A stretch of DNA of 64,000 bases from an uncultured Candidatus Micrarchaeota archaeon (GCA_963791815.1 CAWBTT010000001.1:116802-180801), one strand, 5' to 3'; positions 1 through 10,272 are shown, counted from the stretch's first letter. A program made the numbers and translations. Notes: generated by a model not told the origin, from the sequence alone.

Positions 1-2
1 TG

Positions 3-113
3 TCACACAACGACGTCGTCATGGCCAATTCTGACTCCGTGATAGGAGTCACTAAATCCGGCGATATATCCAAACTGGTGGGTTTGAGGCTGAAGCAGGT
101 GGTTGCTGCATGA
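3..113 (+). CDS. smc: Chromosome segregation protein SMC, C-terminal end (partial)
   Basis: Hand translation SHNDVVMANSDSVIGVTKSGDISKLVGLRL matches the SMC C-terminal H-loop/'D.liGVt...g.S' end; ATGA overlap with next gene. Confidence 0.75.
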   Translation, partial: SHNDVVMANSDSVIGVTKSGDISKLVGLRLKQVVAA

Positions 114-625
114 AGAGAGCACTTTTTATTGGAAGATTCCAGCCATTTCACTTGGGGCATTATGCTGCCATAAGGAAATTGCTGAAGAAATACGATGAAG
201 TAGTTGTTGTAATCGGAAGTTCAGAAGATTATTACACCAAGGACAATCCATTCACTTGCGGTGAGAGGATTGAGATGATTAGAAAATCATTCTCCAAAAG
301 CGACATCTCGAAGATGGTTATCGTCCCGGTTCCTGATGTCAATGACAATAGGATATGGGTGGACCATCTTCTTACGCATATTCCGGAAGTCAATAATGTC
401 TATTCGAATAACCAGCTGGTCAAGATGCTTTTCTCCCAGCATGGAATTCTTGTCAAATCAATAGATTTCCATGACAGGGACAAGAAGGAAGGAGAAGGAA
501 TTCGAAAGCTCATGTCTGAAAATGACAGCAACTGGAAAAAGGAAGTTCCGAAAAAAGTCGCGAGCTACCTTGACGCAATAGAAGCTGACAAAAGAATAAG
601 AAAAATAATCAGGATGGGAGGCTGA
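110..625 (+). CDS. nadM: Nicotinamide-nucleotide adenylyltransferase
   Basis: GRFQPFHLGH (HxGH), NPFTCGERIEMI. Confidence 0.93.
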   Translation: MKRALFIGRFQPFHLGHYAAIRKLLKKYDEVVVVIGSSEDYYTKDNPFTCGERIEMIRKSFSKSDISKMVIVPVPDVNDNRIWVDHLLTHIPEVNNVYSNNQLVKMLFSQHGILVKSIDFHDRDKKEGEGIRKLMSENDSNWKKEVPKKVASYLDAIEADKRIRKIIRMGG

Positions 626-1661
626 CGCTCTCAATCGAGATTATGCTTTTTCCTGCAACAAGTGTGCTTACTTGCAGTGTCAATGTACCATTCAGCTCCT
701 GGCTTGTCTGATAAAGCAGATTGTCCATTGGGCTCGAATAGTCCTGCGGCGGAGTAAGCGAAAGGTTGTAGGTGTAAAAGACTGATTTTGCATAGGGCAA
801 CTCAAGAGTTTCGTTTGTCACAAGCATTGATGAGGGGAATGTGACGTTCGTGTCCTGGAAGTTGACCAGCACCTGTGTCTTGTTGTCAAATGAACCAAGA
901 ACCTGCGCGCTGTTCGCGTCGATGTATGTTATGTATGGGAACTGCTTCTTTGCAAGTATCTGGTTTATTGTCAATGGTGTTGTGAAGACTATTGAGTCAA
1001 CACGGTTGTATGTCCCGCTTGCGTTTGTCACATTGTTCCGGTGCTCCCAGGGAACTGTGTAGGTCACTGATTCTGATATCGGCTCCCCAGGTTCTGCGCT
1101 GAAAAGAAGATCCATCTTCGTCAGGGCTATTTGCTGTGAGTTGTAGTCAATCAGCATGCCGTTGTTTGAGATTCCAATCATTGCTACTGTGACCGTTTCT
1201 CCTGCGTCTAAAAGGGGCTCTGTGGCAACACGGACAACTCCGGGGGAAGTGACATTGAGTATCTCAGTCCCGAACTGGAGTTCCATAATAGAGGGAGCCG
1301 CTATGTTGGCAACTGACAATACTGAAAGGTTCATTTTCCGAAGTTCGATTCCAACCGGGTGAACATCATCCCGCGTTTCTGTATCCACGACGTATCCCTG
1401 AGGGTCAGGGCGGACATTCATAACTCCAGAAATACCCCGAATGGCATCAATCTGAGATTCTGTAGGGGTTGATGTGATGAACAAATATGGATCATAGGTC
1501 CTGATTGTTCCGTTGAAGGTTATGTAACCGGAGATGTTCTCTCCTCCGATGGATGGGCCGCCGCCACCGACAAGGTGGTTGCCACCAAACATGAAAAGTT
1601 CTGTGATAAAGAGCAGTGCCGCACCTATCACTACTATTTGCATGATTAGTTTTTTGTTCAT
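609..1661 (-). CDS. Hypothetical N-terminally anchored surface protein
   Basis: Start MNKKLIMQ plus hydrophobic helix; beta-rich with many N-x-S/T sequons. Confidence 0.75.
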   Translation of the reverse strand: MNKKLIMQIVVIGAALLFITELFMFGGNHLVGGGGPSIGGENISGYITFNGTIRTYDPYLFITSTPTESQIDAIRGISGVMNVRPDPQGYVVDTETRDDVHPVGIELRKMNLSVLSVANIAAPSIMELQFGTEILNVTSPGVVRVATEPLLDAGETVTVAMIGISNNGMLIDYNSQQIALTKMDLLFSAEPGEPISESVTYTVPWEHRNNVTNASGTYNRVDSIVFTTPLTINQILAKKQFPYITYIDANSAQVLGSFDNKTQVLVNFQDTNVTFPSSMLVTNETLELPYAKSVFYTYNLSLTPPQDYSSPMDNLLYQTSQELNGTLTLQVSTLVAGKSIISIESVSLPS

Positions 1662-1714
1662 GGTTTCAGAGTAAACATATAAATAATTAAAAATCAAGAA
1701 GGTTCTGATGCGCA

Positions 1715-2467
1715 ATGGACATCGACGAAAAAGCAGTTCAGATTCCTGAGTACTCCGAGATGCTCGGCAAGATGCTTGAGGACGACAAGGCCAGGATGGA
1801 ATACTCAAAGCAGATGGCAGAAGAGATGAGCCTGATTAAAAGAACCTGTTTCACTTCAATGAAATGGCCGGTAAAACTCATACGCCCGATGTTTGAGGCC
1901 AGGGCCGCCTACGCCGTTCCGAACAACTATTTCCAGAATATCCTGTTGAATGATGAGAAGGTCGGCAATTCCTTTGCCCATGGCGCTATGCGCTCGGTGT
2001 TCTTTTCTGGCGAACGGCTTGTGCTTTTCTCAAAGTCAACCAATTTCAAAGACGGACAGCAGTTCTTCACCTCTTTCGTACTTCTCCATCTCGAGAAGGG
2101 CGAATACAAGCTCACTGAAAAACTTGGGGAACTGAACCTGACTGCAAGGGTTGAAAAGCCGATGAAAAATTTAATCACGGGCGCAGTTGAGAAGACGAAG
2201 ATATTCTTTAACTTTGTCCACAAGCCTGTTGAAGGAAGAATAGTTTCAAAGGACAGGGCGGCAAGGTCAGCAAGATTCAAGAACGTATATTCCAGGTTCG
2301 GCGGAGCACACACAAAGTCAGCGTCCATGGATTTGGAGGGGTATGCGATTACTGTTCCGCATTTTTCTCCCCACCCATATATGCTCCAGGTCAAGAATGA
2401 TTTCGGCTTCAAGGACAACAAGGAGTTCCAGCTCGCTGCTGCCGACTATTTCAGGAAGCATATGTAG
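1715..2467 (+). CDS. Hypothetical protein
   Basis: 250-aa ORF with genome-like codon usage; no recognised motif. Confidence 0.75.
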   Translation: MDIDEKAVQIPEYSEMLGKMLEDDKARMEYSKQMAEEMSLIKRTCFTSMKWPVKLIRPMFEARAAYAVPNNYFQNILLNDEKVGNSFAHGAMRSVFFSGERLVLFSKSTNFKDGQQFFTSFVLLHLEKGEYKLTEKLGELNLTARVEKPMKNLITGAVEKTKIFFNFVHKPVEGRIVSKDRAARSARFKNVYSRFGGAHTKSASMDLEGYAITVPHFSPHPYMLQVKNDFGFKDNKEFQLAAADYFRKHM

Positions 2468-2517
2468 CTCATATGGCAAGATGCTAAGGTAAAAAACATT
2501 GGCAAAGAGGATTCATT

Positions 2518-3093
2518 ATGGAAATGAACTTTCTTGAGAAGCTGGTTGCGAACAGCAGGTTTTACAGCTTCTTTTTCAGGTACACTCTTCTCAAGTGGTT
2601 CCTTGATTTCTGCTCCCTAAAAGGCAGCTGCCTTGAGATTGGCTGCGGCAATGGGAAAAGCAGCCTGGAGATTATCAAAAGGTTCAAGGTGAAATTGACC
2701 GCGGTCGATATTGATAATGCGCAGGTTGCCCTCACAAGGAAAACTCTTGCAGGAAAAAAAGTAAAAATCCAAAAAGCGGATACCACAAACCTGCCGTTCA
2801 GGGATTCCAGTTTTGACTCGGTTGTCGAAACTTTTGTTCTTGTACATATTGGAGATTACCCAAAGGCGCTCAGAGAAATCAGGAGGGTTCTGAAGAAGAA
2901 TGGGAGCTTTTTCCTTATGGACCAGAGCGAGTATCTCTTCTGGCCCTTCAGCAGGCTGCTTCCATTCGACCACTTTGACGGGAAGTTCACAAAAAAGAAA
3001 ATGATGGGAGAACTCAGAAAAGCTGGCTTTGAAATTGTCAGAGAAGGATGGGGAGATATATTCATAATCCATGCAAGAAGATGTGAGAAATAA
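2518..3093 (+). CDS. Class I SAM-dependent methyltransferase (UbiE/Methyltransf_11-like)
   Basis: LEIGCGNG, AVDID, LPFRDSSFDSV. Confidence 0.9.
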   Translation: MEMNFLEKLVANSRFYSFFFRYTLLKWFLDFCSLKGSCLEIGCGNGKSSLEIIKRFKVKLTAVDIDNAQVALTRKTLAGKKVKIQKADTTNLPFRDSSFDSVVETFVLVHIGDYPKALREIRRVLKKNGSFFLMDQSEYLFWPFSRLLPFDHFDGKFTKKKMMGELRKAGFEIVREGWGDIFIIHARRCEK

Positions 3094-3186
3094 CAGAGAA
3101 TATATAAAAGAATGTGAAATATCCACACCCTTTGATGGAAAAGACATATAAATTACTAAATTCAGAAGTATTACTGGGTGGGGGAT

Positions 3187-3690
3187 ATGAAATTACAACA
3201 TAGGTCTATTCCGAAGGAAAGGAATGTCGGAAGGAAGATTGCTGGTTTTGTAGGGATGGCGGTCCTTAGCGCGGGGCTGATGTTCTCAGGATGCGACAAA
3301 AGAGGTGGACTGACACCCGCGCCTGAGCCGAACAACCGCCAGATAAGCGAACAGGTTGAGTGCAGTAAAGCTTTGACTGGGACCGAGAGCGCAAAAAGGC
3401 TTTTGGCAGAAGTGCACAACTCAACACTTGCCCTTAAGATGGATAATGCCATTAGGGCAGAACCAGGAGAAACAGTTCAGTTAACCTGGAAAATAAGGGT
3501 TGAGGACAATGGCCAAATCAATCTTGTCGGGATTGATGCAGACTGCGAGAACGGAAACTGCACCGGGCTGGATGCGCAAAGAATCAAGAGGAGCATTCCG
3601 AATTTAAGAATCGAGGCTCCTAGTGAGGACTGCGGTTGCAGATGGGACATCCGAACCATAGTTGAAAGCCAAAGAGGCGTTGAAAGTTAG
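3187..3690 (+). CDS. Hypothetical lipoprotein-like secreted protein
   Basis: Basic leader, hydrophobic stretch and FSGC lipobox-like motif; several Cys. Confidence 0.7.
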   Translation: MKLQHRSIPKERNVGRKIAGFVGMAVLSAGLMFSGCDKRGGLTPAPEPNNRQISEQVECSKALTGTESAKRLLAEVHNSTLALKMDNAIRAEPGETVQLTWKIRVEDNGQINLVGIDADCENGNCTGLDAQRIKRSIPNLRIEAPSEDCGCRWDIRTIVESQRGVES

Positions 3691-3691
3691 G

Positions 3692-3901
3692 TTACTTGCA
3701 CATTGGACACATGTTGGCCGTGTGCACTAGAGCGCCAATGCCGTAAAGTGCAAGTGCCGCCCCCGCTATCATCATAGAGGTTGTTTGGCCAAGCATTGCC
3801 AAGCTTGAAAGAAGCAAGACAGCGCCTGCAACAAGTACTAAAAGCCCTGAAACTGTGCCGCACAGCGGGCACATGCAATTTCCACAACATTTGTCAGCCA
3901 T
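3692..3901 (-). CDS. Small 2-TM protein with Cys-rich termini
   Basis: MADKCCGNCMCPLCG, two hydrophobic helices, ends MCPMCK; GGTGA RBS upstream. Confidence 0.75.
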   Translation of the reverse strand: MADKCCGNCMCPLCGTVSGLLVLVAGAVLLLSSLAMLGQTTSMMIAGAALALYGIGALVHTANMCPMCK

Positions 3902-4013
3902 ATAGGTCACCTGAAGAAAGGCTGGCATTGAGATTTATTAAATTTTCTGCTTTTTCGTTTCCTTTGTTAATAACCCCCTGTTTTTTTATCTCTTCGAAAC
4001 ATATTCTGCCCTT

Positions 4014-4904
4014 ATGAAGGAACTTCTTGAACTTACAGGAGTGAAAAAAACGTTTCTAGGTTTCCAGGAGGAATTTGAAAAGGCAAAGGCAGTTGTAATC
4101 CCAGTGCCTTACGATGCGACAACCAGCTATGGCTCTGGAACACGGTTTGGGCCTTCTGCAATCATAGAAGCCAGCACACAGGTTGAGCTTTATGATATTG
4201 AAAAGGGGAAGAACACCTGCGAGGATGTTCCAGTTCACACGCTTGATGAATTGGCAATTGACAAGGGCAGCCCTGAAAGGACCATCAAGAATGTCCAGAA
4301 GGCAGTCCGCCTTGTTGTGAACGCCGGGAAAAAACCAGTTGTGCTTGGCGGGGAGCATTCGATAACAGGAGGAGCGGTTGCTGGACTTAATGAAAGGGAG
4401 TTCTCAGTCCTTCAAATTGATGCTCACACTGATTTGCGGGATTCCTATGAAGGAACCAGGTGCAGCCACGCTTGCGTAATGCGCAGGGTGAGGGAAATCA
4501 CAAAAAGCACTGTGCAGATTGGAATCCGCTCAATGTGCGATGAGGAAGCAGAGTATATAGAGAAGGAGAAGCCAGTGATATTTTTCGCTGATGATTTGAT
4601 AAGGAACCGGAGGAATGATGGTCTTGCGGCAGCTGATCTCAGCAGCATAGTTTCACAATTGAAAGAAAAGGTCTACGTCACAATTGATGTTGATGGGTTC
4701 GATCCCTCGATATTTCCTGGGACTGGGACCCCTGAACCAAACGGCCTGCTTTGGAATGATGTTCTTTCAATCATGAAAAAAGTCGGGCAGGAAAAGGAAG
4801 TCCTGGGCTTTGATGTTGTTGAAGTCATGCCTGCTCCACCAATCCGGACAAGCGAGTTTTTGGCAGCCAGGCTCACTTACAAGATGATGGGGCAGTTCTG
4901 GTAA
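4014..4904 (+). CDS. speB: Agmatinase
   Basis: GGEHSIT, DAHTD, DVDGFDPS..PGTGTPEP ureohydrolase motifs. Confidence 0.92.
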   Translation: MKELLELTGVKKTFLGFQEEFEKAKAVVIPVPYDATTSYGSGTRFGPSAIIEASTQVELYDIEKGKNTCEDVPVHTLDELAIDKGSPERTIKNVQKAVRLVVNAGKKPVVLGGEHSITGGAVAGLNEREFSVLQIDAHTDLRDSYEGTRCSHACVMRRVREITKSTVQIGIRSMCDEEAEYIEKEKPVIFFADDLIRNRRNDGLAAADLSSIVSQLKEKVYVTIDVDGFDPSIFPGTGTPEPNGLLWNDVLSIMKKVGQEKEVLGFDVVEVMPAPPIRTSEFLAARLTYKMMGQFW

Positions 4905-5829
4905 TCTTTTTCAGCCTCTCAAGACTCTCATCCGGAGTCTCAATCGTGTTGAGAAGGTAGACCGGGGCCTTTGAGAAGAGTTCTGAGAAGAATTTCCTTC
5001 TTTTTAGCATCTTCTCTTTTGTCCTTACCAGCTGGTGGGGATTGCAGAAATCATTGCCGCTCATGAACTTCAGCGCTTGTTGCTTTGTCAGTTTTTGCAA
5101 TGGAGGGAGTTTCTTGTCCCTTGTAAGAAGAACTGTGGCGGTTAGCCTTGAATGTTTCCTTATTCTGTTTTCACCAAGAAGCCTCTTCACATCAATTACA
5201 GCACGGTTCCGGTTGTCAATTGTTGCAGACTTGAATTTCTTTCCATAGAATGGCCAGATTTCCCCAAGGTTGCATCTGATGTATGAGTTTCGCTCTGACG
5301 AGTAGGTAAGGACTTCATCATTCATGAGACGAACGAAAAACCAGTCGTCAGTAAGGAAATTGAATCCTTTCTGCTGGAGCAGGCCATATGTGAGGGTTGT
5401 TTTTCCGCTTCCAGATGGGCCTATTATCGCAACTCCGCGCCCCCCAAAATCAACAAATGAGCCGTGAACGGAATATCTCCGATGTTCTGATGTGAAATCT
5501 TCAAGGTAATCTGCTGCTACTGCGAGTGCGATGCTTTTTATCCATCCATAGTAGTCGCATCCCTGGACTATTGCGGTCTTTGAAATGGGCTCATAGCGGA
5601 CCCTGAGTCTCTTTCCCTTGAGTGCAAAAATTCTCCCGTGGGGCCTTATCCAGTCCGGCATGGGCTCGAAATTGTCTTCCCACATCTCCTTGAACTCTTT
5701 GCTGTCGGTGAAGAACTTGATGCATGTGCCATGCAAAGCCGCCTTCCTTTCATAAAGCTTTGATGAGTAGAATTTTTCCATCAGTTTCTCTTTGACATCC
5801 TGGGAGATTGTCTCGACTTTGTAGCCCAT
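4873..5829 (-). CDS. HPr kinase/PEPCK-like P-loop protein
   Basis: VHGSFV..GRGVAIIGPSGSGKTT and FLTDDW, the HprK-like signature. Confidence 0.75.
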   Translation of the reverse strand: MGYKVETISQDVKEKLMEKFYSSKLYERKAALHGTCIKFFTDSKEFKEMWEDNFEPMPDWIRPHGRIFALKGKRLRVRYEPISKTAIVQGCDYYGWIKSIALAVAADYLEDFTSEHRRYSVHGSFVDFGGRGVAIIGPSGSGKTTLTYGLLQQKGFNFLTDDWFFVRLMNDEVLTYSSERNSYIRCNLGEIWPFYGKKFKSATIDNRNRAVIDVKRLLGENRIRKHSRLTATVLLTRDKKLPPLQKLTKQQALKFMSGNDFCNPHQLVRTKEKMLKRRKFFSELFSKAPVYLLNTIETPDESLERLKKITRTAPSSCK

Positions 5830-5857
5830 GGGACAGGAATCACTGATTAGCTATATA

Positions 5858-6970
5858 TCACTTGCGCATGAGCTTTTTCTTCTTGAGTTCAAATACTGGA
5901 AGGTAAATCAGGAATGCTATTCCCTGGAAAAGAAGCACTGCCTCAATGCTGAATGTGACGAATAGGAAATACCCTGCCAGGCCGCCTGCCAACCTTCCCA
6001 GGTTGAGCATGAATTCCCTTGCCACCATTGTGTCAGCAAGCTTCTTGGTATTGTCAACTGCAAGAGCAAGGGAGATTGGGGAGAATATCCTTGCGAAGAA
6101 GGTAACCATCCCAAATGCGAGGAAAAATATCATGAGGTCTGGGGCAAATACAGCTGCCGCAACTGAAAGGCCAAAGCCAAGGGCTGATGAAAGGAGGAAC
6201 ATCCTCCTCTTGTGCAGTTTGTCAGAAACTCCTGAAATCAGGAAGGATGCTGCGATTGAGAATACTGTCGCAAGTGAAAGGAACCAGCCGACTTCAATCG
6301 GTTCATCAAGAAAAAGAAGAATCATGATTGGAAGTGTCAGCGAAGTGATGACCATCACGCTGAAGCCCTCAAGGAAAATGATTGAGCGCAGGCCAGAGAT
6401 GGAGGTTAGGCTTGTTCCGAAATCATATTCATATTTCCTGTCTTTTAGCCAGAACGCTGCCATGATGAACGTGAAAACATATGTCGCGATTGCTATTTGA
6501 TAAAGCTCTGGGAATCCCAGGTTCCCAGCGATTATTCCTGAGAAGGCTGGAAGCACCAGAGCAAGAACCGGGGATACGGAATAGTAGATTGCTGAAAGTG
6601 AGGCGTTGTTTTCCTTCCTGAATTCATAGTAGATTGTGTTGAATGGGAGCCAGAAGAAAAAATGGGTCGTACCCAGAATCAAACGATAAATGTAGGCTGC
6701 CCCAGGCTCTGGATAAAGGTAAAGCACAAGAACTGAGATTAGAGAGAGAAAACAGCCAATCAGCATGAATGGCTTGGTCCGGAACCCTTTGAAAAGAGGG
6801 AGAAGTATCAGTCCTGCAACAAACCAAAAGGCATCTGCAAGATAAATTTCAGGAAGAGACATTCCCATGTTGAAAAAATAAACCTCGAAAAGAGTGCCTC
6901 CAAAAAACATACCTGCTGTCCAGAGAGCGAAAATAATGAGGAGATCACGGAATTCTGACATGGGATTCAT
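5858..6970 (-). CDS. MFS transporter
   Basis: About 12 hydrophobic helices; GVSDKLHKRR motif A-like. Confidence 0.85.
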   Translation of the reverse strand: MNPMSEFRDLLIIFALWTAGMFFGGTLFEVYFFNMGMSLPEIYLADAFWFVAGLILLPLFKGFRTKPFMLIGCFLSLISVLVLYLYPEPGAAYIYRLILGTTHFFFWLPFNTIYYEFRKENNASLSAIYYSVSPVLALVLPAFSGIIAGNLGFPELYQIAIATYVFTFIMAAFWLKDRKYEYDFGTSLTSISGLRSIIFLEGFSVMVITSLTLPIMILLFLDEPIEVGWFLSLATVFSIAASFLISGVSDKLHKRRMFLLSSALGFGLSVAAAVFAPDLMIFFLAFGMVTFFARIFSPISLALAVDNTKKLADTMVAREFMLNLGRLAGGLAGYFLFVTFSIEAVLLFQGIAFLIYLPVFELKKKKLMRK

Positions 6971-7455
6971 AATTTCGTACTTTGAGATTTTAAATTCAGT
7001 GGATTGAAATCGAACGGTGTCTTGTGAGTATCCAGAACAAGCTGGCTTGAGGTTCTGATTACCAGGCTGTGGCTTGCTACTTTTTTCAATATGTCACGGA
7101 AGTGCTCCCTGCTCTTTACCCTCCAGCAGGTCATAGCATCCCAGTTGCCTGTGATGCTGTAAAAGGCCTCCAGTTCAGGAATATCAAGCAATCCTTCCAT
7201 TGTGTCTTTGTCCCATGGCCCCCCTTCAGGGAACTTGAGGAGTATCATGAAATGAAGATTATATCCCATCTTGGAAAAATCAATCTTCGTAGTGTAGTTC
7301 TCTATTATTCCCTGCTTTTCAAGTTTCTTTATCCTGAAAAGAAGGGTGTTTGGATGGATATCCGCCTTCTTCGCGAGGCTTTTTGCCGAGATTCTTCCAT
7401 TCTCAAGGAGTTCTGAAATCAGACGGATGTCCGTCTCATCGATGTCGTCCCGCAT
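6967..7455 (-). CDS. Lrp/AsnC family regulator
   Basis: IDETDIRLISELLENGRIS..HPNTLLFRIKKLEKQGII; SITGNWD RAM domain. Confidence 0.93.
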   Translation of the reverse strand: MRDDIDETDIRLISELLENGRISAKSLAKKADIHPNTLLFRIKKLEKQGIIENYTTKIDFSKMGYNLHFMILLKFPEGGPWDKDTMEGLLDIPELEAFYSITGNWDAMTCWRVKSREHFRDILKKVASHSLVIRTSSQLVLDTHKTPFDFNPLNLKSQSTKL

Positions 7456-7530
7456 GTCAACTCACCATTTAACATTTTTCACAGTATTTTTTTGTTTTCT
7501 AGTAAATTTTACTGGATTTTTTCGAATCAT

Positions 7531-7595
7531 AATGAAATTTCCTCTCTAAATTTCATTGGACTGTTTAATTGCACCATCAGTTATATAAACTGATG
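7531..7595. promoter_or_regulatory. Two inverted repeats in the divergent Lrp/methyltransferase promoter; candidate operators
   Basis: AATGAAATTT-N7-AAATTTCATT (7531-7557); CATCAGTT-ATATA-AACTGATG (7575-7595) centred on a TATA-like box. Confidence 0.55.
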
Positions 7596-7648
7596 CATTC
7601 TGCAATACACAAGAGTCCATTTTTAAGGATTTGATGAGAGATTAGTGT

Positions 7649-8560
7649 ATGCATAAGAAGAAGGGAGGAAATGGGGGGGAGCCGCCAAAGAGATTCCCAA
7701 GGCCACTGATTGAATGCCGCTCCAAGAAAAAAATAACAGAACTTTTCGATACAACACTGAGTTTTGCCAGAGAGAAAAGGGAGTATGGAGAAACCCTTAG
7801 TGACAGGCAGGGAAGCATTTTGCAGGAATATGATTCTTTCAGCAAACACGAGAGGGCTTTTTTCTTTTCATTATTGTATGACCAGTTTGCTGGCACTTAT
7901 GATCAGCATATGGGGCTTGACACTGGGCATTATGGTGCGTTGAGGGAAGTTTTCGTATTTTCAGCGCAATACTTCAAATCGCCTGTGCTTGACATAACAG
8001 CAGGAACAGGGGAACTGCTCTCATTTGCACTGGACCTTGCAGATGCAGGCGACAGTATCCGTTCGCACGATATGACAAGGGCACAGCAGATTGCATCTGG
8101 ACTTCTTCCAGATATTGGCACTGGTTCAGTTGTGGCAAATGAGATTTCGCCTAGAATGCTTGAGATTGCCAAGAGCAAACTGGAAAAACATGATGTCGCG
8201 TTTACTTCATACAACGCTCTTGGGCTTCCTGCCAACTGGCTTTTCAGGACAGTGCTCTGCTCCCAGACAATGCATCTTCTTGCTGAACCTGATAAGAAGG
8301 GGCTTGTGCAGTCAATCCATGATGTTCTTCTTCCAGGAGGCCATGCCATTGTTCTTGAAGAGGACCCGTTTATAGTTTCGCCGACTGCTTCTATTGATGG
8401 TGTTGGGCTTTTCATCAGTGCGGTTGCTTGTCCGATGAAAACTGATGCTTTGCTAGGCATGTTCGAAGTCAACGGATTCACTTATACTGAACACCGAGCA
8501 GCACACCAGATAGACAGTGACCACTTGATGAGACTCCACGTTTTCAGAAAATCATCTTAG
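7649..8560 (+). CDS. Class I SAM-dependent methyltransferase (paralog of 12488)
   Basis: YDQHM, VLDITAGTG, ANEISPRML, CSQTMHLL, LLPGG. Confidence 0.85.
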   Translation: MHKKKGGNGGEPPKRFPRPLIECRSKKKITELFDTTLSFAREKREYGETLSDRQGSILQEYDSFSKHERAFFFSLLYDQFAGTYDQHMGLDTGHYGALREVFVFSAQYFKSPVLDITAGTGELLSFALDLADAGDSIRSHDMTRAQQIASGLLPDIGTGSVVANEISPRMLEIAKSKLEKHDVAFTSYNALGLPANWLFRTVLCSQTMHLLAEPDKKGLVQSIHDVLLPGGHAIVLEEDPFIVSPTASIDGVGLFISAVACPMKTDALLGMFEVNGFTYTEHRAAHQIDSDHLMRLHVFRKSS

Positions 8561-9025
8561 TTCGTGCGCAAACGGATTGTACTCGAAATCCCTTTTGTAG
8601 TAATCCAGTATCAGCTGGGTACTGGTCTTTGTCACAACCCTGTTTTTCTGAAGCTGCCGAAGCAGATTTGCAAGGTGGAGCTCGTTGTCCACTCTTGCTG
8701 TTAGCATGGCATCATGCTCTCCAGTAATTAGTATGAAAGAAACTATTTCAGGAAGTTTGGCCAGTGGACGAAGATAGCCCTCCCAGCCCTTTTCCATGTT
8801 CACATTAAGAAAAATCATTGCCCGGAGTTTGTTCCCTATCTTTGTATGGTCCACAATTGCAGTGTATCCTTCTATTATCCCGTCCTGCTCCATTCGTTTC
8901 ACGCGCTGAAGCAAAGTATTTGGATGTATTCTCAGCTTGCGTGAAATCTGCTTGGACATCATCTTCGGGTTCTCAACCAGCTGGGCCAGTATCTTCCGGT
9001 CCAGTTTATCCAATTCTTCTGCCAT
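8552..9025 (-). CDS. Lrp/AsnC family regulator
   Basis: LDKLDRKIL..HPNTLLQRVKRMEQDGII; ITGEHD. Confidence 0.93.
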   Translation of the reverse strand: MAEELDKLDRKILAQLVENPKMMSKQISRKLRIHPNTLLQRVKRMEQDGIIEGYTAIVDHTKIGNKLRAMIFLNVNMEKGWEGYLRPLAKLPEIVSFILITGEHDAMLTARVDNELHLANLLRQLQKNRVVTKTSTQLILDYYKRDFEYNPFAHELR

Positions 9026-9347
9026 AACCCCACCACATAATATTTGTGAGGGTGACAATATTAATCTTTTTCCGATTTCACTGTGGACATCCACATCAAA
9101 CAAAAGAAAAATCTGGGATATCCATAAAACAGTGAGAATGCACCCAATGATTATGGCCGTACGATTGCTTTCTTTGTTATTTCTGGTGAGCAGGCTTTGT
9201 GCTCCTTGCAGAAATCTTCACAAAGCAGGGCAAGGCGCACATCAGCATATCCAAAATTGCATTCAGAACACATATACGCCGGCTTCATCTCAAAATTCTT
9301 TACCCAGACCATTGCATTCCGTTTGTGAATAGCATTTTAAATTCTGA

Positions 9348-10196
9348 ATGGAAACTCTCCCCATGCTTAAGGATTTTGCGAAGCTGACAAGGTTTGAGCA
9401 CGCGCTGATGCTTGCATTTGCAGTTGTGATTGCAGAGACGGTTGTGCTTGGCGCGCTTCCGCCCTTGGAATTAGTAATAATAATTTCTGTCCTTGTCCCG
9501 ATATTCAGCGAGATGGGTTCTTTTGCACTCAATGATTACTTTGATATTGAAACTGATAAATTGAACAAGAAGAAAGGGCCTTTGGTAACCGGGGCAATCA
9601 AACCGCAGACCGCGATGAGTTTCGCAATCGCGTCATTGGTCGTTTCAACAATCCTTGCTTACATGATAAACAATCTCGCGTTCATGATTGTATTCGCTTT
9701 CAATGTTTTCGCAATTCTTTACAACTGGAAACTGAAGGACATGCCGCTTCTTGGCAATGTTTTCATTGGGTTGACAATGGCAATCCCATTCATCTTCGGA
9801 AACTATGTCGTCTCATCAGAGCTTTCATCACTTACAATAGTTCTTGCGGCTCTTGGTTTTGTTGCTGGTGTTGCGAGGGAAATAATCAAATCTGTCCAGG
9901 ATATGGAAGGCGATGTCAAGGCAAGGGGCTCGAAAACAATTCCGGTTGTTATTGGAAAGAAACCTGCGACATATCTTGCGGTTATCCTGTATCTCCTATT
10001 CATTCCATTGACCATTCTTCCTTTCATAAAAGGGCTTGAGACAAACATCATATCCACTTTCCTTGTGGCTTTTGCAGATACCATGATTCTATCGATATGC
10101 TACAAGTCACTGAAAGAAAATTACAAATTCGCAAGAAATGCCAGTTTGATAGCGTTCTTAGTTGGCATGCTTGGCATCCTCGTAGCGGCCCTCTGA
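9348..10196 (+). CDS. UbiA-family prenyltransferase, probable DGGGP synthase
   Basis: NDYFDIETDKLNK and REIIKSVQDMEGD Asp-rich motifs; multi-TM. Confidence 0.88.
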   Translation: METLPMLKDFAKLTRFEHALMLAFAVVIAETVVLGALPPLELVIIISVLVPIFSEMGSFALNDYFDIETDKLNKKKGPLVTGAIKPQTAMSFAIASLVVSTILAYMINNLAFMIVFAFNVFAILYNWKLKDMPLLGNVFIGLTMAIPFIFGNYVVSSELSSLTIVLAALGFVAGVAREIIKSVQDMEGDVKARGSKTIPVVIGKKPATYLAVILYLLFIPLTILPFIKGLETNIISTFLVAFADTMILSICYKSLKENYKFARNASLIAFLVGMLGILVAAL

Positions 10197-10272
10197 TTAT
10201 CTGGCGATTGTCGCTTTGGTTTCACTAATCTTTTTAAAGAAACTGGCAGTGAGCATCCTATTGGTGAATATT

